A stretch of 64,000 nucleotides of DNA, from assembly GCF_006345805.1 (NCBI RefSeq), contig NC_043004.1, forward strand, positions 93,868,001 through 93,932,000. The letters are read 5' to 3'. Position 1 is the stretch's first letter; each line of letters opens with the position of its first letter. The stretch is from Octopus sinensis. Lineage: Eukaryota. A program made the position numbers and the translations under genes. The notes below the pieces were generated by a model. The model did not search any database, was not told the DNA's origin, and saw only the letters and a program-made list of their open reading frames with translations. Shown here in pieces: positions 13,231 through 26,954 of the stretch.

Positions 13231-13332
13231 AAATTTAACTGAAAGTATTTTACCAGTGAACATTCCTTGTAACCCTTCAATTTCTTCTATGTCACCGGAT
13301 GAGTAAGAATTTTTTAAATTAAGCAGTAATTT
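13023..13332. repeat. Inverted repeat of unique sequence at the satellite's right end
   Basis: 13023-13118 is the reverse complement of 13219-13332, apart from an 18-bp insertion (13281-13298) and a few mismatches. Confidence 0.9.
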
Positions 13333-13410
13333 ATACTTTTTCAAATATGGACTTCATACATTGAAGGACAAATCTTTCAATTTACAATTTACATTTAGTA
13401 TATGTGTGTG

Positions 13411-13461
<51 letters not shown>

Positions 13462-14337
13462 TACCTGTTATATTCATTATATTATTTTTGTAATTTACTT
13501 AATCTTTACTTTTTAATTGTCATTTTAATTTTAACTTTTCTATGATATGCAATTTTCTAGAGGGTGTAATTTAATTGTTCATTTTGAATCGATAAAAGGT
13601 GTTTTTTTTTCTAATATTTTATGTATAAGCATGTATATATTTATATATAGTGGTACAAATATGAACACAATTTTTTCTCCTTCCTCCCTTTTTTCTGTCT
13701 TCGCTTCTCCAAACTCAGACACCCACACACACACGAACACACACACACAGACACACACACACCTCCACAAAACAATCATAAAAAGAATTCTTCTCTAAAC
13801 CCCAAAAAATTTGGCCATACCTCATTAAACACACACACATTCTCTCACAATGATAAAAAGAAATATAATTTATGGTCTACCTCCCCACCACCACACACTC
13901 ATTGACACTGTGAAATGGTCAAAACCGAAATTATTTCTTCCCAAGACCTTAGAACCCCCTTGGAGTCAATATTCTGTCCAGCAGACCAAAAAAATTATTT
14001 TCTTCTTCTTCCCTCTCCCTTCCCCTCTTTTTCTTTAGCACTCATCAAAAACACACACACACGCACACACACATACATACACACATGTTCTCTCTATCAC
14101 TTTCTCCTCATCCATCACCCTCTTGTACTGTCTTATATTCCTCCCCACCACTACAAACTCAATACTACTATAAAATGGTCAAAACTCTTCACACAGGAAC
14201 TTAGTTTGATTTGAAAACCCCACTAGAATGGGAGAGAGCGCTAATACAGGATCTATGTTATATGATATATAAAAAATGTAATATACAAATAAATATCTGT
14301 AAATATAAACCATCCGATTTTCTGAGTACCTCATTTC

Positions 14338-14392
<55 letters not shown>

Positions 14393-15102
14393 TATATATC
14401 TACACGTGCATATATGGGTACAGGACGTCACCAACAGTAAACAACATGAAATGCGAAAACAAATGAGTTCAATACGCAAACAACGAGTGAAACGGATGGA
14501 CAAGTAACACAAAGAACGACCCTTCATCAGTTGTCGGTTGTCTATCTACTCCTCATTTCGAGCATTGAACGGCAATATGAGTCTTCGAAGACAGTCAGTC
14601 CCATAAGTACCAAAGTAAAATTCTGGATTTATGGAGGGTAAAACTTGGGAACAAAAGCAGGACAGTGGAGACATACAAGGAAACCAAACGAAAAACAAAC
14701 ACGGAGGGTCGTTAGACCAGAACGAGGGTAAAATAGTAAACGCTGGAGAAATATTTTCTTTGACAAGAGAAAAAATAGGAGAGAGAGAGATAGGATACGT
14801 TCAGTCACATACACACACACACAAACACATGCATATATATATATATATATATTCACATAAATATATATATATATATATATATTAGCCGCCATCGACACAC
14901 GAAAAAATATGCATTAAAATGGAATAAAAGATGATGTTAAATTATTTTTAAAATCGTAGACTCATCGTAGACGCGCGCTAATAGCCAGACGGGCTCGATA
15001 TGAATCACGACTATAAGATACCCGATTTGGTTAAACTGCACCGCAAAATGTGGGAGTAGTTAGGAATCTAAATCGAAGGGGACAGACACTCACACAACTA
15101 CA

Positions 15103-15152
<50 letters not shown>

Positions 15153-15153
<1 letters not shown>

Positions 15154-15340
15154 TTTATTTAAAGCAGCAGAAAATTCTACAAAACCTGTTACTCTGATTT
15201 TCACAACGGCAACGTGAAACTCAGAGTAAAAGGTTTTGTAGAATTTTCTGCTGCTTTAAATAAAGCACATTACTCTACCACTGGTATTTGAGTACTCTTT
15301 TTTTCCACCTTGTTTCACATTTATGTGTTTACTCCGGTAT
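15153..15340. mobile_element. TA-flanked PLE-like terminal fragment with 52-bp-arm hairpin (15153-15265)
   Basis: Arms 15153-15204 and 15214-15265, 2 mismatches, 9-nt loop; (TA)n on both sides. Confidence 0.6.
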
Positions 15341-15363
15341 ATATATATAATATATATATATAT

Positions 15364-15473
<110 letters not shown>

Positions 15474-16039
15474 CAAGAAAGAGTGAGAGAGAGAGAGGAA
15501 AAGAAAGAAAGACAGACAGACAAACAGACTAATTCATATATAGCCTTTCGTATATCACGTCTCGTGTTGTATTTATTAGCTCTGACGACCAATACAAGAA
15601 ATCACGTTATTTATTAGATTTATCCCCATCATTAGTTGAATGCAGCTGTTTGTCTTCGTTGTTCTATCACTAAACTTTCTTCCACTACCTCTACCTCTCC
15701 CCGCTTTCTTTCTCTTTGAACTTCCATCTTCATTTCGACTCTGTTTATATGATTTTCTTCAAAGGTTATGAATACTATTAGTTTAACTATCAAACAATCA
15801 ACCCCTCTTTTTCCCCTCGTCTCTCCAGCCTTCCCCCTCTCTGTCTCTCTCTTTATTTCTCTCTCTCTCTCTCACTGCCCTCCGCTTTCTCTCTCTCCTC
15901 ATTTCTATATTATTCTATTACCAGATCCTTTGCTTTGCGTCCTTCGTCTCTATCTTTCTATCTCCGTCTCTCTGTCTGTGACTCTGTCTGTCTCTCTGTC
16001 CCTGTCTCTGCCTCTGTCTCTCTCTCTCTCTCTCTCTCT

Positions 16040-16088
<49 letters not shown>

Positions 16089-16603
16089 TTATTTATCTAT
16101 TCTATCTATCTATCTATCTATCCATCTGTCTATCTATCTCTGTATATATCAATGACTCCCATCTTGCTTTCACGAAAACAAAGTATTTCATTGCCAACGA
16201 TAATACAAATATCGTCCGCATCTTCCACAGTGGCCTTACATCTTTCCTCCCCTTCCTCTTCTTATTCTCTCAACTTCTCCTCCTCTTCCTCCGCCTTCTC
16301 GACTTCTTATTTCCCCAACTCTCTTCCTCCCCCTCCTCCTCCTCCTCTTTATCTATATGTATATTTATATGGTATGGTGCTGACAATATTGATTACGATG
16401 ATGACGAAAATGACAATAACAACAAAGACCATCACCACCACCACCATCATCATCATATTAATGAGCTGGAGGAGGGGGAGGAGGGGGGGCCATGTAGAGA
16501 ATGGTAAACAACCGACTTATAAAAGAAATGACCCGCTAACTAAACAATCGAAATATTCTTTCCTGTCGAAAAGGATACTACCAACCTCTCGTACGAATTC
16601 TAA

Positions 16604-16649
<46 letters not shown>

Positions 16650-16942
16650 TACAACACACAAAGATATATACATACACACTCACGCACACATCCATTCATA
16701 CAAACTTACATACATGCATACATGTCCCTATCTCTCTCTCTCTCTACACACACACACATATATATAATATATATATATAATATATATATATATACATATA
16801 TACTTATACGTATATATACTTATACGTATATACTTATACGTATATACATATATACTTATACATTTATATACACGGAGATATACACATTGAGGCTCACATA
16901 CATTCATACATACACTCACGTACATACATACATACATACATG

Positions 16943-16991
<49 letters not shown>

Positions 16992-16999
16992 GTATGTAT

Positions 17000-17214
17000 G
17001 GAGGCGCAATGGCCTAGTGGTTAGGGCAGCGGACTTGCGGTCGGAGGATCGCGGTTTCGATTCCCAGACCGGGCGTTGTGTGTGTTTATTGAGCGAAAAC
17101 ACCTAAAAGATCCACGAGGCTCCGGCAGGAGGTGGTGATCCCTGCTGTACTCAAAAGGCGGTGCTCCAGCATGGCCGCAGTCAAATGACTGAAACAAGTA
17201 CAAAAAAAAAAAAA
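17000..17214 (+). mobile_element. Chimeric SINE: A head and body joined to C 3' tail, poly(A) end
   Basis: 17000-17152 matches A; 17153-17200 (AAAGGCGGTGCTCCAGCATGGCCGCAGTCAAATGACTGAAACAAGTA) matches the C tail. Confidence 0.85.
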
Positions 17215-17329
17215 TGTGTGTGTGTGTGTGTGTATATATATATTTGTATATATTTGTATATAAATATATGTATATACAAACACATATACATATATATATG
17301 TATACAGACACATTCATATATACATATAT

Positions 17330-17387
17330 ATTGTGTGTGTATATATACTATATATATACACACACTCGTATTTACATATATAATATA

Positions 17388-17427
<40 letters not shown>

Positions 17428-17507
17428 CATATATACATATATAGATATATACATATATATATGTATATATACGTGTATATATATATCTATATATGTATAT
17501 GTATATG

Positions 17508-17582
<75 letters not shown>

Positions 17583-17715
17583 CATATATAGATATATATA
17601 TATTACCTATATATACATATTATACATATATATATATTATATATATATATATATATATTATATATATTAATATCTATATATTATATATATAATATATATA
17701 TACATACATACATAT
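17330..17715. repeat. Degenerate (TA)n tract
   Basis: Visible directly. Confidence 0.95.
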
Positions 17716-18276
17716 TCCTAATTTAGTGAACTTTAAAGTCAAGGATGTTTATAATTTATATAAAAATCCGTATACAAAACAAAAACAAACATCACACGTC
17801 TGCACATTTGTCAGCTGAATACAACTCCTTTCCCTTTTCTTTACTCTTTTGTCTCTTTTTACTGTTTTTTCTCAAATTTCTTTACAAAAAGAGTAAAGAA
17901 GAAAGAAATCAAAAGCCCAAAAGACAATGAATGCTCACTTGCAATTCCCGCGCTTTTGTGTGTTTTTTTTTCACTTTGTCATACGTGTCATTCTTGTTTG
18001 AAGTCACAGTTTAAACAATATATAAACAATCTTGTATGGATATGTCCATGTTTAAATGTACGTAATAAAATATACGCACGTACACATACATAATGAATAT
18101 GCGTGTGATTTATGTACGAAATTTGTGCAATATACATCATACACACAGAGTATATATATATTACGAATTGTATACAATATATATGTGAGTGGTGTGATGT
18201 GGTGTGGTGTGTGTGTGTGTGTGTGTGTAATAGTTCATATAGACAGACAGAGAAACAGACGGATAGATAGACAGAC

Positions 18277-18368
<92 letters not shown>

Positions 18369-18924
18369 TAGATAGATAGATACATTGATAGATAGACAGA
18401 CAGACAGACAAATGGATGGATGGACGGACGGACAAACAGACAGACAGACAGACAGATAGAGAGATAGAACCAACCTTCAAGCCGAGCCAACATGAAGGAC
18501 ACCAAGGAGTAGATTACGAACGAGATGGCTGGATATTATCTATAGTCGGTCCTGTTTGAAACCCAGTAGGAAAGTTTAATTATGATTGCTTCTGATAGGA
18601 AACAAGAACAGTAAGCAGAGAAGATGGTAGGATGGAAGAAGTTAAGAATATAATAACAATTAATACCATTTAAGCCAATCCATTTGTTCTTTATTTTATC
18701 CAATAAGGTGGCGAGTTGGTAGACTCTTTAGAGCGTTGGAAAAATTCATTTTTGGTAATCGTTCATGCTATTTACTTTCTGAGGGACTCACTTTTGTTTT
18801 TCATTTCTTCGAGTATTGATGATATAAGAATGCTAGTCAAATATAGAGAAAATTTTTTAATATGTTTTGAGGCTGTGTGTGTATTATACACACAAAGACC
18901 CCCCCCCCCGCCATATATATATAT

Positions 18925-19130
18925 ATATATAGTTAATCCAAAGAAGAAAGCACAAAAAACACAACAACGCGAGGACGTGAAACAAATATAGTATTATTGG
19001 ACGCTCAGGAAAGACGGAAAGAAGGAGGGTTTAACGTTTCGAGCGGAGATCTTCGTCGGAAACATAGGAGAAGGAAAGATCCAGAGAAGGGAAGACAGAG
19101 GAAAAAAATCGCCAAAGGTACACACGAGGT
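18925..19130 (-). mobile_element. PLE-like terminal fragment (family P1) with hammerhead-like motif
   Basis: Minus strand reads gttt-CCGACGA-A-GATC tcc GCTC-GAAACGTT-aaac (19029-19063), then the P1 tail and (TA)n. Confidence 0.55.
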
Positions 19131-21261
19131 CACATTATACGACAGGCTTCTTTGGTCAGCCCGAGGCTATTTTAGAAGACACTTGCCCAAGGTGCCACCC
19201 AATGGGACTGAACCCGAAACCATGTCCTTGGGAAGTAATCTTCTTACCACACTGTCACTACTCCTTGTCTCATCAAAGTTTTGGCCTTGTGCCTAAATCA
19301 GAAACCATTATATTCATTCGTTGACTAACTTTCGTGGTGATGCGCTTGGCTTAGTGGTTACGAGTGTTCAGTTTATAGTCATGAAATCATGGGTTCAATT
19401 CTTGAACAGAGTTGTGCATTGTGTCCTTTCACGATGGACCAGTTTACTTAGCCACAATCAGCAGCGTGCTAGTGCAGCCCTCTCTTACTTCAGTTGTTGC
19501 CTCTTAGACATCCTACTGGGCGAAAAATGTGAAGAGCCTAGTGTGTGTGTATGTCTGCTCACGACTTCATAGGCACCTAAAACTATCAATGAAAGCATGG
19601 CACATGTTACAAAGCTATAGTCAGGTGTAATCATTTGTTTTTTTTTTTTTATTCAAGCAAAAACACCGTCTTATAATTCTAGGCGTGGCTGTGTGGTAAG
19701 AATCTTCCGGGTTCAGTCCCACTGCGTGGCACTTTGGTCAAGTGTCTCTGCTATATCTTCGGGCCGACCCTTGTGAGTGGATTTGGTAGACGGAAATTGA
19801 AAGACGTCTGTTGTATATATAATATATATATATATTATATATATATATATTATATATATATATATAATATTATATATATATATATAATATATATATATAT
19901 ATACACATATGTATGTATATATATATATATGCGTTGACACTTGCCCATGGTGCCACGCAGTGGGACTGAACCACACCTAAATATTAAAATTTAATTAGAT
20001 CTTTAATATCTTAATTGGCACACTAACGATCGTGTCTACATAGCAGAAATAAGTCATTGTCAAGACTTATATAAATTTAACCTACCGTTCATAATATACA
20101 GAACTTAGAAATAAGAGTGTTATATTCATTGCAAAGCAAACCATATGTCAGAGAAAAGCTTAAAAGACAATAGAATGAGACGGTTGGCAAGTAGACGTAC
20201 CGACATACATTTATCAACAATAATACTGTGAGACAGATATAGACGGAGACAAAGCCAGACAGTCAGACAGACATAGGTGTGTATATGTAGGTTTGTGCTT
20301 GTGTGTGTGTGTGTGTGGTGTCTGTCTGTCTGTCTGTCTGACTGTCTATCTATCTATGTGTGTGTGTGTATACATCATAGTCAGATACACACGTATACAT
20401 ATATGCATACGTATATACATATATATATACAAACATACATACATACATGCATGCGTGCATGCGTACATACATACATGCAGCATACACACATACATACATA
20501 CATACATTAATACATACACACATACATACATACATACATACATACACACATACATACATACATACATACATACATCATACATACATACATACATACATAC
20601 ATACAATTGAAATTACTTGGTGCCCTAGATAATGTCATTGAACGGATCACAAAGGACTATTCAGGAATCTTCTTATTTATAACGGAAAGTAGAACAATTG
20701 ACTCTGATAATTATTTCAAATGGAATATTTCAAAAGAGACAGCACAAGATGCTGTTTAATTTGGCGCTAAATCCAATGTTTGGTAATGTGTTAGGGCTCA
20801 CAACAAGAGACACTAATGATACCCATAAACATTTTGTGGGTAATTTAAGAAATCTGTCTTTGAAATATTTACAATGTTAAAAGCAACTGGGTCGAATAAA
20901 AGCGTTTTCAACCGATTTAAGAATGGCGTTTCGTTAAAATAAATGTTCGTATTTGATAATTCAACGCAGAAAACAAAAAATAAAGCTTCCGAAATGCAAA
21001 ACGTTTACGTTATTAACCAATGTATCTTTCCTATTCCACGCAAGGTATGCCTAAAGACCAAGATATTAACAGAAATATATCACACAAAAGTGCTGTAAAC
21101 AAAGAATATTATACTAGGTTTTTTAAATGTGGCACTTGAAATTACCCTCATCATCTGGTCAAGCTTCGATTCGATCACACCACATCACGATCCCTCACAG
21201 TGTTTGGTAAGTCAACATGGAAACATCCTATATCTGGAGTCAGCATAAAGCTAGTCAATAT

Positions 21262-21495
21262 ATATTTCTTTACTGCCCACAAGGGGCTAAACATAGAGGG
21301 GACAAACAAGGACAGACGAAGGGATTGAGTCGATTATATCGCCCCCAGTGCGAAACTGGTACTTTATTTATTGATCCCGAAAGGATGAAAGGCAAAGTTG
21401 ACCTTGGCGGAATTTGAACTCAGAACGTAACGACAGACGAAATACTGCTAAGCATTTCGCCCGGCGCGCTAACGTGTCTGCCAGCTCGCCGCCTT
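21262..21495 (-). mobile_element. SINE B1
   Basis: Full head-to-tail match to the B1 consensus. Confidence 0.9.
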
Positions 21496-21499
21496 TGTC

Positions 21500-21990
21500 A
21501 ATATAGTTTATTTCCTGGATGGCCAGCCTAAGTACATCCATATCGGAGTGTACATAATAGTGTGCCGCTAATGAATTCTTGCTCAGTCCTCCAGAAATGT
21601 CACGTAAAGTGCAGGTGTCCCTCTCTCTAATGACATTAGTGGAAGTAATAAGATGTCGTACAACCTTTGGTGAGGTGATTTTTTTTTCCAGAAGATATTC
21701 AATACGGCTCGTAACATGCGAGTGCAAACGTCATCAAACCTTGTCTCTACATATTTATTAAGTAAAATAGCACTGATTCTACCATGCCGCAGAAAAGGCA
21801 TTTTTTTAAAGTTCATCTAATTGTGATAACGTCCAGATTGCACTAAGGCCATCAAGAAATGCATCATTGTTGCGAAACGAAGGTTCATATCCTTTTCTGT
21901 AAACGAAGAGGTCTACACATTTTAGATGGCTTTGTTGTATTTACTGTGCCTCCTTGATTGAAGCAGGAGTATTTTAAAAGGCTCGAGGAG
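21500..21990 (-). mobile_element. RTE-clade LINE 3' ORF fragment, decayed
   Basis: Minus-strand peptides YSCFNQGGTV, LKCVDLFVY, IWTLSQLDEL*KNAF, MVESVLF, DDVCTRMLRAVLNIFWK and RGTPALYVTFLED, in RTE order, with stops and frameshifts. Confidence 0.7.
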
Positions 21991-23649
21991 TTCTTATATT
22001 CTTTTTACAACCATACAATATGTCAAGGTGCATTTGCAGTATTAGTACTGAAATAAATTTTGGAGGTATTAATTAGTCGATTGAGGAAAACCCACTTCCT
22101 AGATATTAAACCTGAAATATTCTGACATCTACTAGAAGCTTCAACTAATATCAACCAGAAGCTTCTCAACATCCACAAGAAAAGGCGATGAGGTGCTTAC
22201 AGCGTTTGATGTCATACAAGATCACCTAAACTGCATCTGTTAGACAACAGCAGTAAAAGTTAATACACCAGCCAAGTACTCAAAAGAGGATAAAACAACA
22301 TCAACGGGTTTGTAGTGAATTCTACAAGAACTCACCACCCGATGATCTGCTGTGTGACCCTAGAATTGTTGGACAAGCTTATATTAAGAAAGGTCTGAAG
22401 GAAAAGCATTGAGCATACAAAGAAAAGGTTATAAAAGTGTATGTTTTCTGTAAAACTTCATGATGCTGCTCTCATTGACAGAAAATGTGTAACCGCTCTC
22501 AAACTCATGACTATTACATCATGTCACATGTTGAAGGTTATGTTTTTAGTTTTTAAGAACAAGAGAAAGCAGCAAAATCCGTAATAAGAGTAATAAGAGA
22601 CACTGAAGCGCTGAAACTCAAGATGCGACAGAAAATGTCTATTATGTCACGTCTGTGGAATATATTACACATGTGATAAGCAGCTGCCTCAAAATATGTC
22701 AAGATGCAGTGTCATCTTTAGGAACGTCAGCCCTAGAACATATATAGACAAAAATATTTCTGTGGTTGAGCGCATTCTTACTTTTCATCGCAAGGAATAA
22801 TGGTAGAACACACCCATCAATCTTCCACCAACTACAAACATAACTGGCGTAATCTAGTTGCTTGGAATAGAAAAAAAAAACAATACACATATAGTTATTT
22901 AAGCTTAAGTACATTGCAGATGAGAACATTTCTTTCAAAATCAGTGAGAAAGGGAATATATATATATATGGACTTTAGAAAATCCAAAGCTTCTCTACAA
23001 CGATTCAAATACATGCTAATAATTATCGGTACTTTTAGGTATGTTCATGTGAAAGTAGAAACAGGCAAAATAACTGATCAATTTAAAAATAATCCAATAG
23101 ACGGAAGAGTAAAACTTTTCTAGCATTCAACATGGAAATCTTCCCTCTAGTTATCTAAATCCCAAATACCAGTGACGGTGAGTTGTTTCTCTGTTAGGAA
23201 CCAATTCTTTCTTTATGAGCGGAATTTAAAAATTATAGATGAAAGAATGTATATGCATGCATACATACATACATACATAATACATACATACATGCATACA
23301 TACATACATACATACATACATACATACATACATACATACATACATTCATACATACATTCGTACATACATACATACATAATACATACATACATGCATACAT
23401 ACATAGTCAATCTGTGAGTGGAACAATAGAAATATGCAAGACTTTTGTCAAGTTCCAATGTGAATTTGTCTGTTTAGCTACATCCCAAAGATAGAGAATG
23501 TCTCTTTGTTGGAAACTGGCCTCCCTCATCAGTGGAAGATGTATAATAATTAAAAAAGAGAGCCATTATACATATATATATATGTAAGTATATATATATA
23601 TATATATATCTATATATAATAGATATATATATATATATATATATATTAA

Positions 23650-24497
23650 TATAGTAGAAGAGAGAAAGTCATGCTTCTTCGTTCATATCCGAACACGCTT
23701 CTAATCTGTCGCTTGAGTCGATAGCGGGGCAAATTGTGTATATATATATACATAGATATATAGAGAGTGGGAGAAAAGCAGTTAAAAAACAACAAACTCC
23801 ATGTGTGATGAATAGCAGTTGTTTTTAAATAAAACAAAGGCATTTCTCCTTGGTACGAAAATGATGTGAGACGAGCGAAATAAATTAAGTCTATCCTTTA
23901 AGGTCAGCGTGGCTAATACAAAACTAGTTTCACGTTTAATGTACAAACTAAATAAATTCATTTAAAAAAATTAATTTAATTTAAATAAGTACATACTACG
24001 ATCTTCAGTTGTATACTCCATATTTTATGAAAGAATATGCATAAATTTAAGATATAATTTACCTTCATTTATCCACATCAATTCGTAATTCAAGGTAACA
24101 ATATTTTAAAATAGTAAAAGAGAGAGAAGCCATGCTTCTTCATTCATATTCGAACAGGCATCTAATCTGTCGCTGGGTCGATAGCGGCAACTTGTGTATA
24201 TTGTGTTTTATTTAAAAACAACGGCCTTTCAACACGCATGAAGTTTCTTTTTTTTAACTGCTCTTCTCCCCATCCTATCTTATATCGTTAGCTCCTACAC
24301 GCATTTTTTTTCTCTCCTTGTTTTTTTTTCCTGTGTATCTTTCTGTCGAAGAGCGTAGGCTCGAAACGTAAAAGACTAGTTCTATTTCTATTCCTGAGCG
24401 CCATACTAATACAATTGTCTGTTTGTACTCCACCTGCCTTCGTCTTTTGTTTATTCGTAAACCTCCCGTATATATAATATATATATATATATATATA

Positions 24498-24551
<54 letters not shown>

Positions 24552-24780
24552 TATAATATATATATAGTATATATATATATTATAGAATATATATATATAT
24601 TAGTTTGTACATCGAACGTGAAACTAGTTTTGTATTAACCACGCTGACTTTAAGATAGACTTCATTTATCTCGCTCGCCTTACATCGTTTTCATACCCTT
24701 GTTTTATTTTTTTAAAAACGGCCATTCGACACGTATGGAGTTTGGTTCTTTTAACTGCTCTTCTATATATACAGAGAGAG
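23650..24780. repeat. Cluster of direct and inverted copies of an unclassified repeat
   Basis: 23650-23740 ~ 24110-24198 (direct); 23853-23950 ~ reverse complement of 24600-24700; 23765-23840 ~ reverse complement of 24200-24275 and 24700-24770. Confidence 0.75.
24290..24475 (+). mobile_element. PLE-like terminal fragment with hammerhead-like motif, ending at (TA)n
   Basis: tcttt-CTGTCGA-A-GAGC gtag GCTC-GAAA-CG-TA-aaaga at 24338-24375; TTCCTGAGCG tail related to P1. Confidence 0.6.
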
Positions 24781-25623
24781 AGAGGGGAGAGAGAGAGAGA
24801 GAGAGATCAGTGGCAACTCCGACACTCGGGCAGTTCGGGCTTAACCCGAGTATAAATTTAATAAAGAGAACGTGTATTTGCAAGCTGATTTAATTCTGCC
24901 AAATTTGACTTCAAGTATGTAATTGCAGCTAATAATTCGGGCTCTTTTATTGAGCCTCGTCGCAGTTCATTTATTTTCGTCCAGCGTCTGACGGTCGTCT
25001 TAGAGGTTCCCTGCGTCAAAAAATATCATTCGTAACGGACGTTCTCTCGACATCGTTCACACGCGCCTGACTCGGGCTCAGAAGTTACAGACCGAGTTGT
25101 TACCTATAATAGTAAAAATTATAAGTACTTCTAATTCAATGTTTTCTTGAAACAATAAATCTGTATAGAGATTAGGATTTAAATTCCAATCTATGAAAAG
25201 TTTCCGTTCTACAATATTCTTAAAGGAACAAAAAATTATCCAGCAATTCGGGCTACTCCAAACTAGCCTGGTAGGTGTAAAAGACCAACTGGCATCTCTT
25301 ATGAAGAGTACAGGCGACAGTCAGATCGCTGATGTTTGTTGTGAATTCCGCTGTCGTTATTTCATTGCTATAATTCTGTGCGTCTGTGTGTAAAACATCT
25401 GATGTGTTTTGCAAGGTTGCTTGTTTTTACCCTTAACTTAGAAATGGAGAAAGGCATATAAATAAAAAAAATAAGACATTTGGGGCTAAAAATAAAGCGG
25501 TAAAACGTGAAATTCTTCGAGCAGACATGTGTCTTATCCGGAATCTGTGATGGGTCCGAGTGACGAAATATATTCTGTTACGAGTCCGAGTGACGCTGAT
25601 GACCTGGAGTCGCGTCTGATATA

Positions 25624-25680
<57 letters not shown>

Positions 25681-25740
25681 TATATATATATATATATAGC
25701 AATAATAATTCTCTAAAAGAGTATAGACAGTAAATGCACG

Positions 25741-26042
25741 ATAAACATAAGGGACTAAAGCCATCTGAATATGGCTAGGGACAGGGCAGGGTGGTGGGGG
25801 TGTACTGTTGCATTTAGCCCAGGCGAACATCGACGTCACCAGATAGGCCCGACACCGTCACGGTGTCCTTTAACCTGCAAAGGGAGGTTTCATCGGGGAA
25901 TTACTCCCTTTGCAGGTTAAAGGACACCGTGACGGTGTCGGGCCTATCTGGTGACGTCGATGTTGCCTGGGCTAAATGCAACAGTAACACCCCCACCACC
26001 CTGCCCTGTCCCTAGCCATATTCAGATGGTTTAGTCCTTATG

Positions 26043-26046
<4 letters not shown>
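25741..26046. repeat. 306-bp GC-rich fold-back palindrome
   Basis: Arms 25741-25886 and 25904-26046, 17-nt loop; differences are single-base indels only. Confidence 0.95.
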
Positions 26047-26077
<31 letters not shown>

Positions 26078-26689
26078 AATACATATATGTATGCACACAC
26101 ATCCATATACATAAATACACATATATACACATATAGATATATATACATAATATATATAATTACGTATGTGTATGTACGTATACGCAGATATATGAATGTA
26201 TATACATTGTGTGTGGGCGGACTCTTACACATACATATATACACGCGCACACGCGCGTACACTCATCTCACACACACACACACATACGCACAGAGACCTC
26301 TAATATAAATAGCCTTGTGGACAGATTTAATTAGTACAGATCTAACTCATGTAACTAACTTATTAATTCAACTAATAAACTAAATGTTGTTCCGATTGGA
26401 CCAACAGTGAAAGGCACTAACTTGTACGATACATTTTGGCATGTAGTCTAGCCTCGACCTTTGACACGAGTTGACGTCATCCTACTCCCTAATGGCTGCA
26501 AATTCGGCACGATAGCCAAATTGTAAAATGTTTGCTGAGGAAATGCCGCTCAGAAGACAACTTTCACGTATACTGATGAAAGCACACTTAACACATTATG
26601 TATGTGTGTTTGTGTGTGTGAGTGTATACACATATACACATATACACGCATACACACGCACGTACTTATATATATAGATAGAGAGAGAT

Positions 26690-26756
<67 letters not shown>

Positions 26757-26763
26757 GAGAGAT

Positions 26764-26794
<31 letters not shown>

Positions 26795-26922
26795 AACTTT
26801 TATGTGTGTATGAATGTATATTTGTATATATATACATATATGTATACATAAACCTATTCATATATACATACATACATGCATACATATATACATATATATA
26901 TATACACATATATATATGTATG

Positions 26923-26954
<32 letters not shown>

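Noticed and set aside
14500-14640. Minus-strand CTGATGA and GAAA as an intact hammerhead
   Set aside because: Elements are out of order for type I and the stems do not close; at most a decayed PLE-like terminus.
15768-17024. 418-aa ORF
   Set aside because: Translation of (CT)n, (CTAT)n, (CA)n and (TA)n arrays, ending in a SINE head; no domain.
26390-26485. CCAAT-like and CRE (TGACGTCA) motifs as a promoter
   Set aside because: Short motifs expected by chance; no gene start or CpG island.
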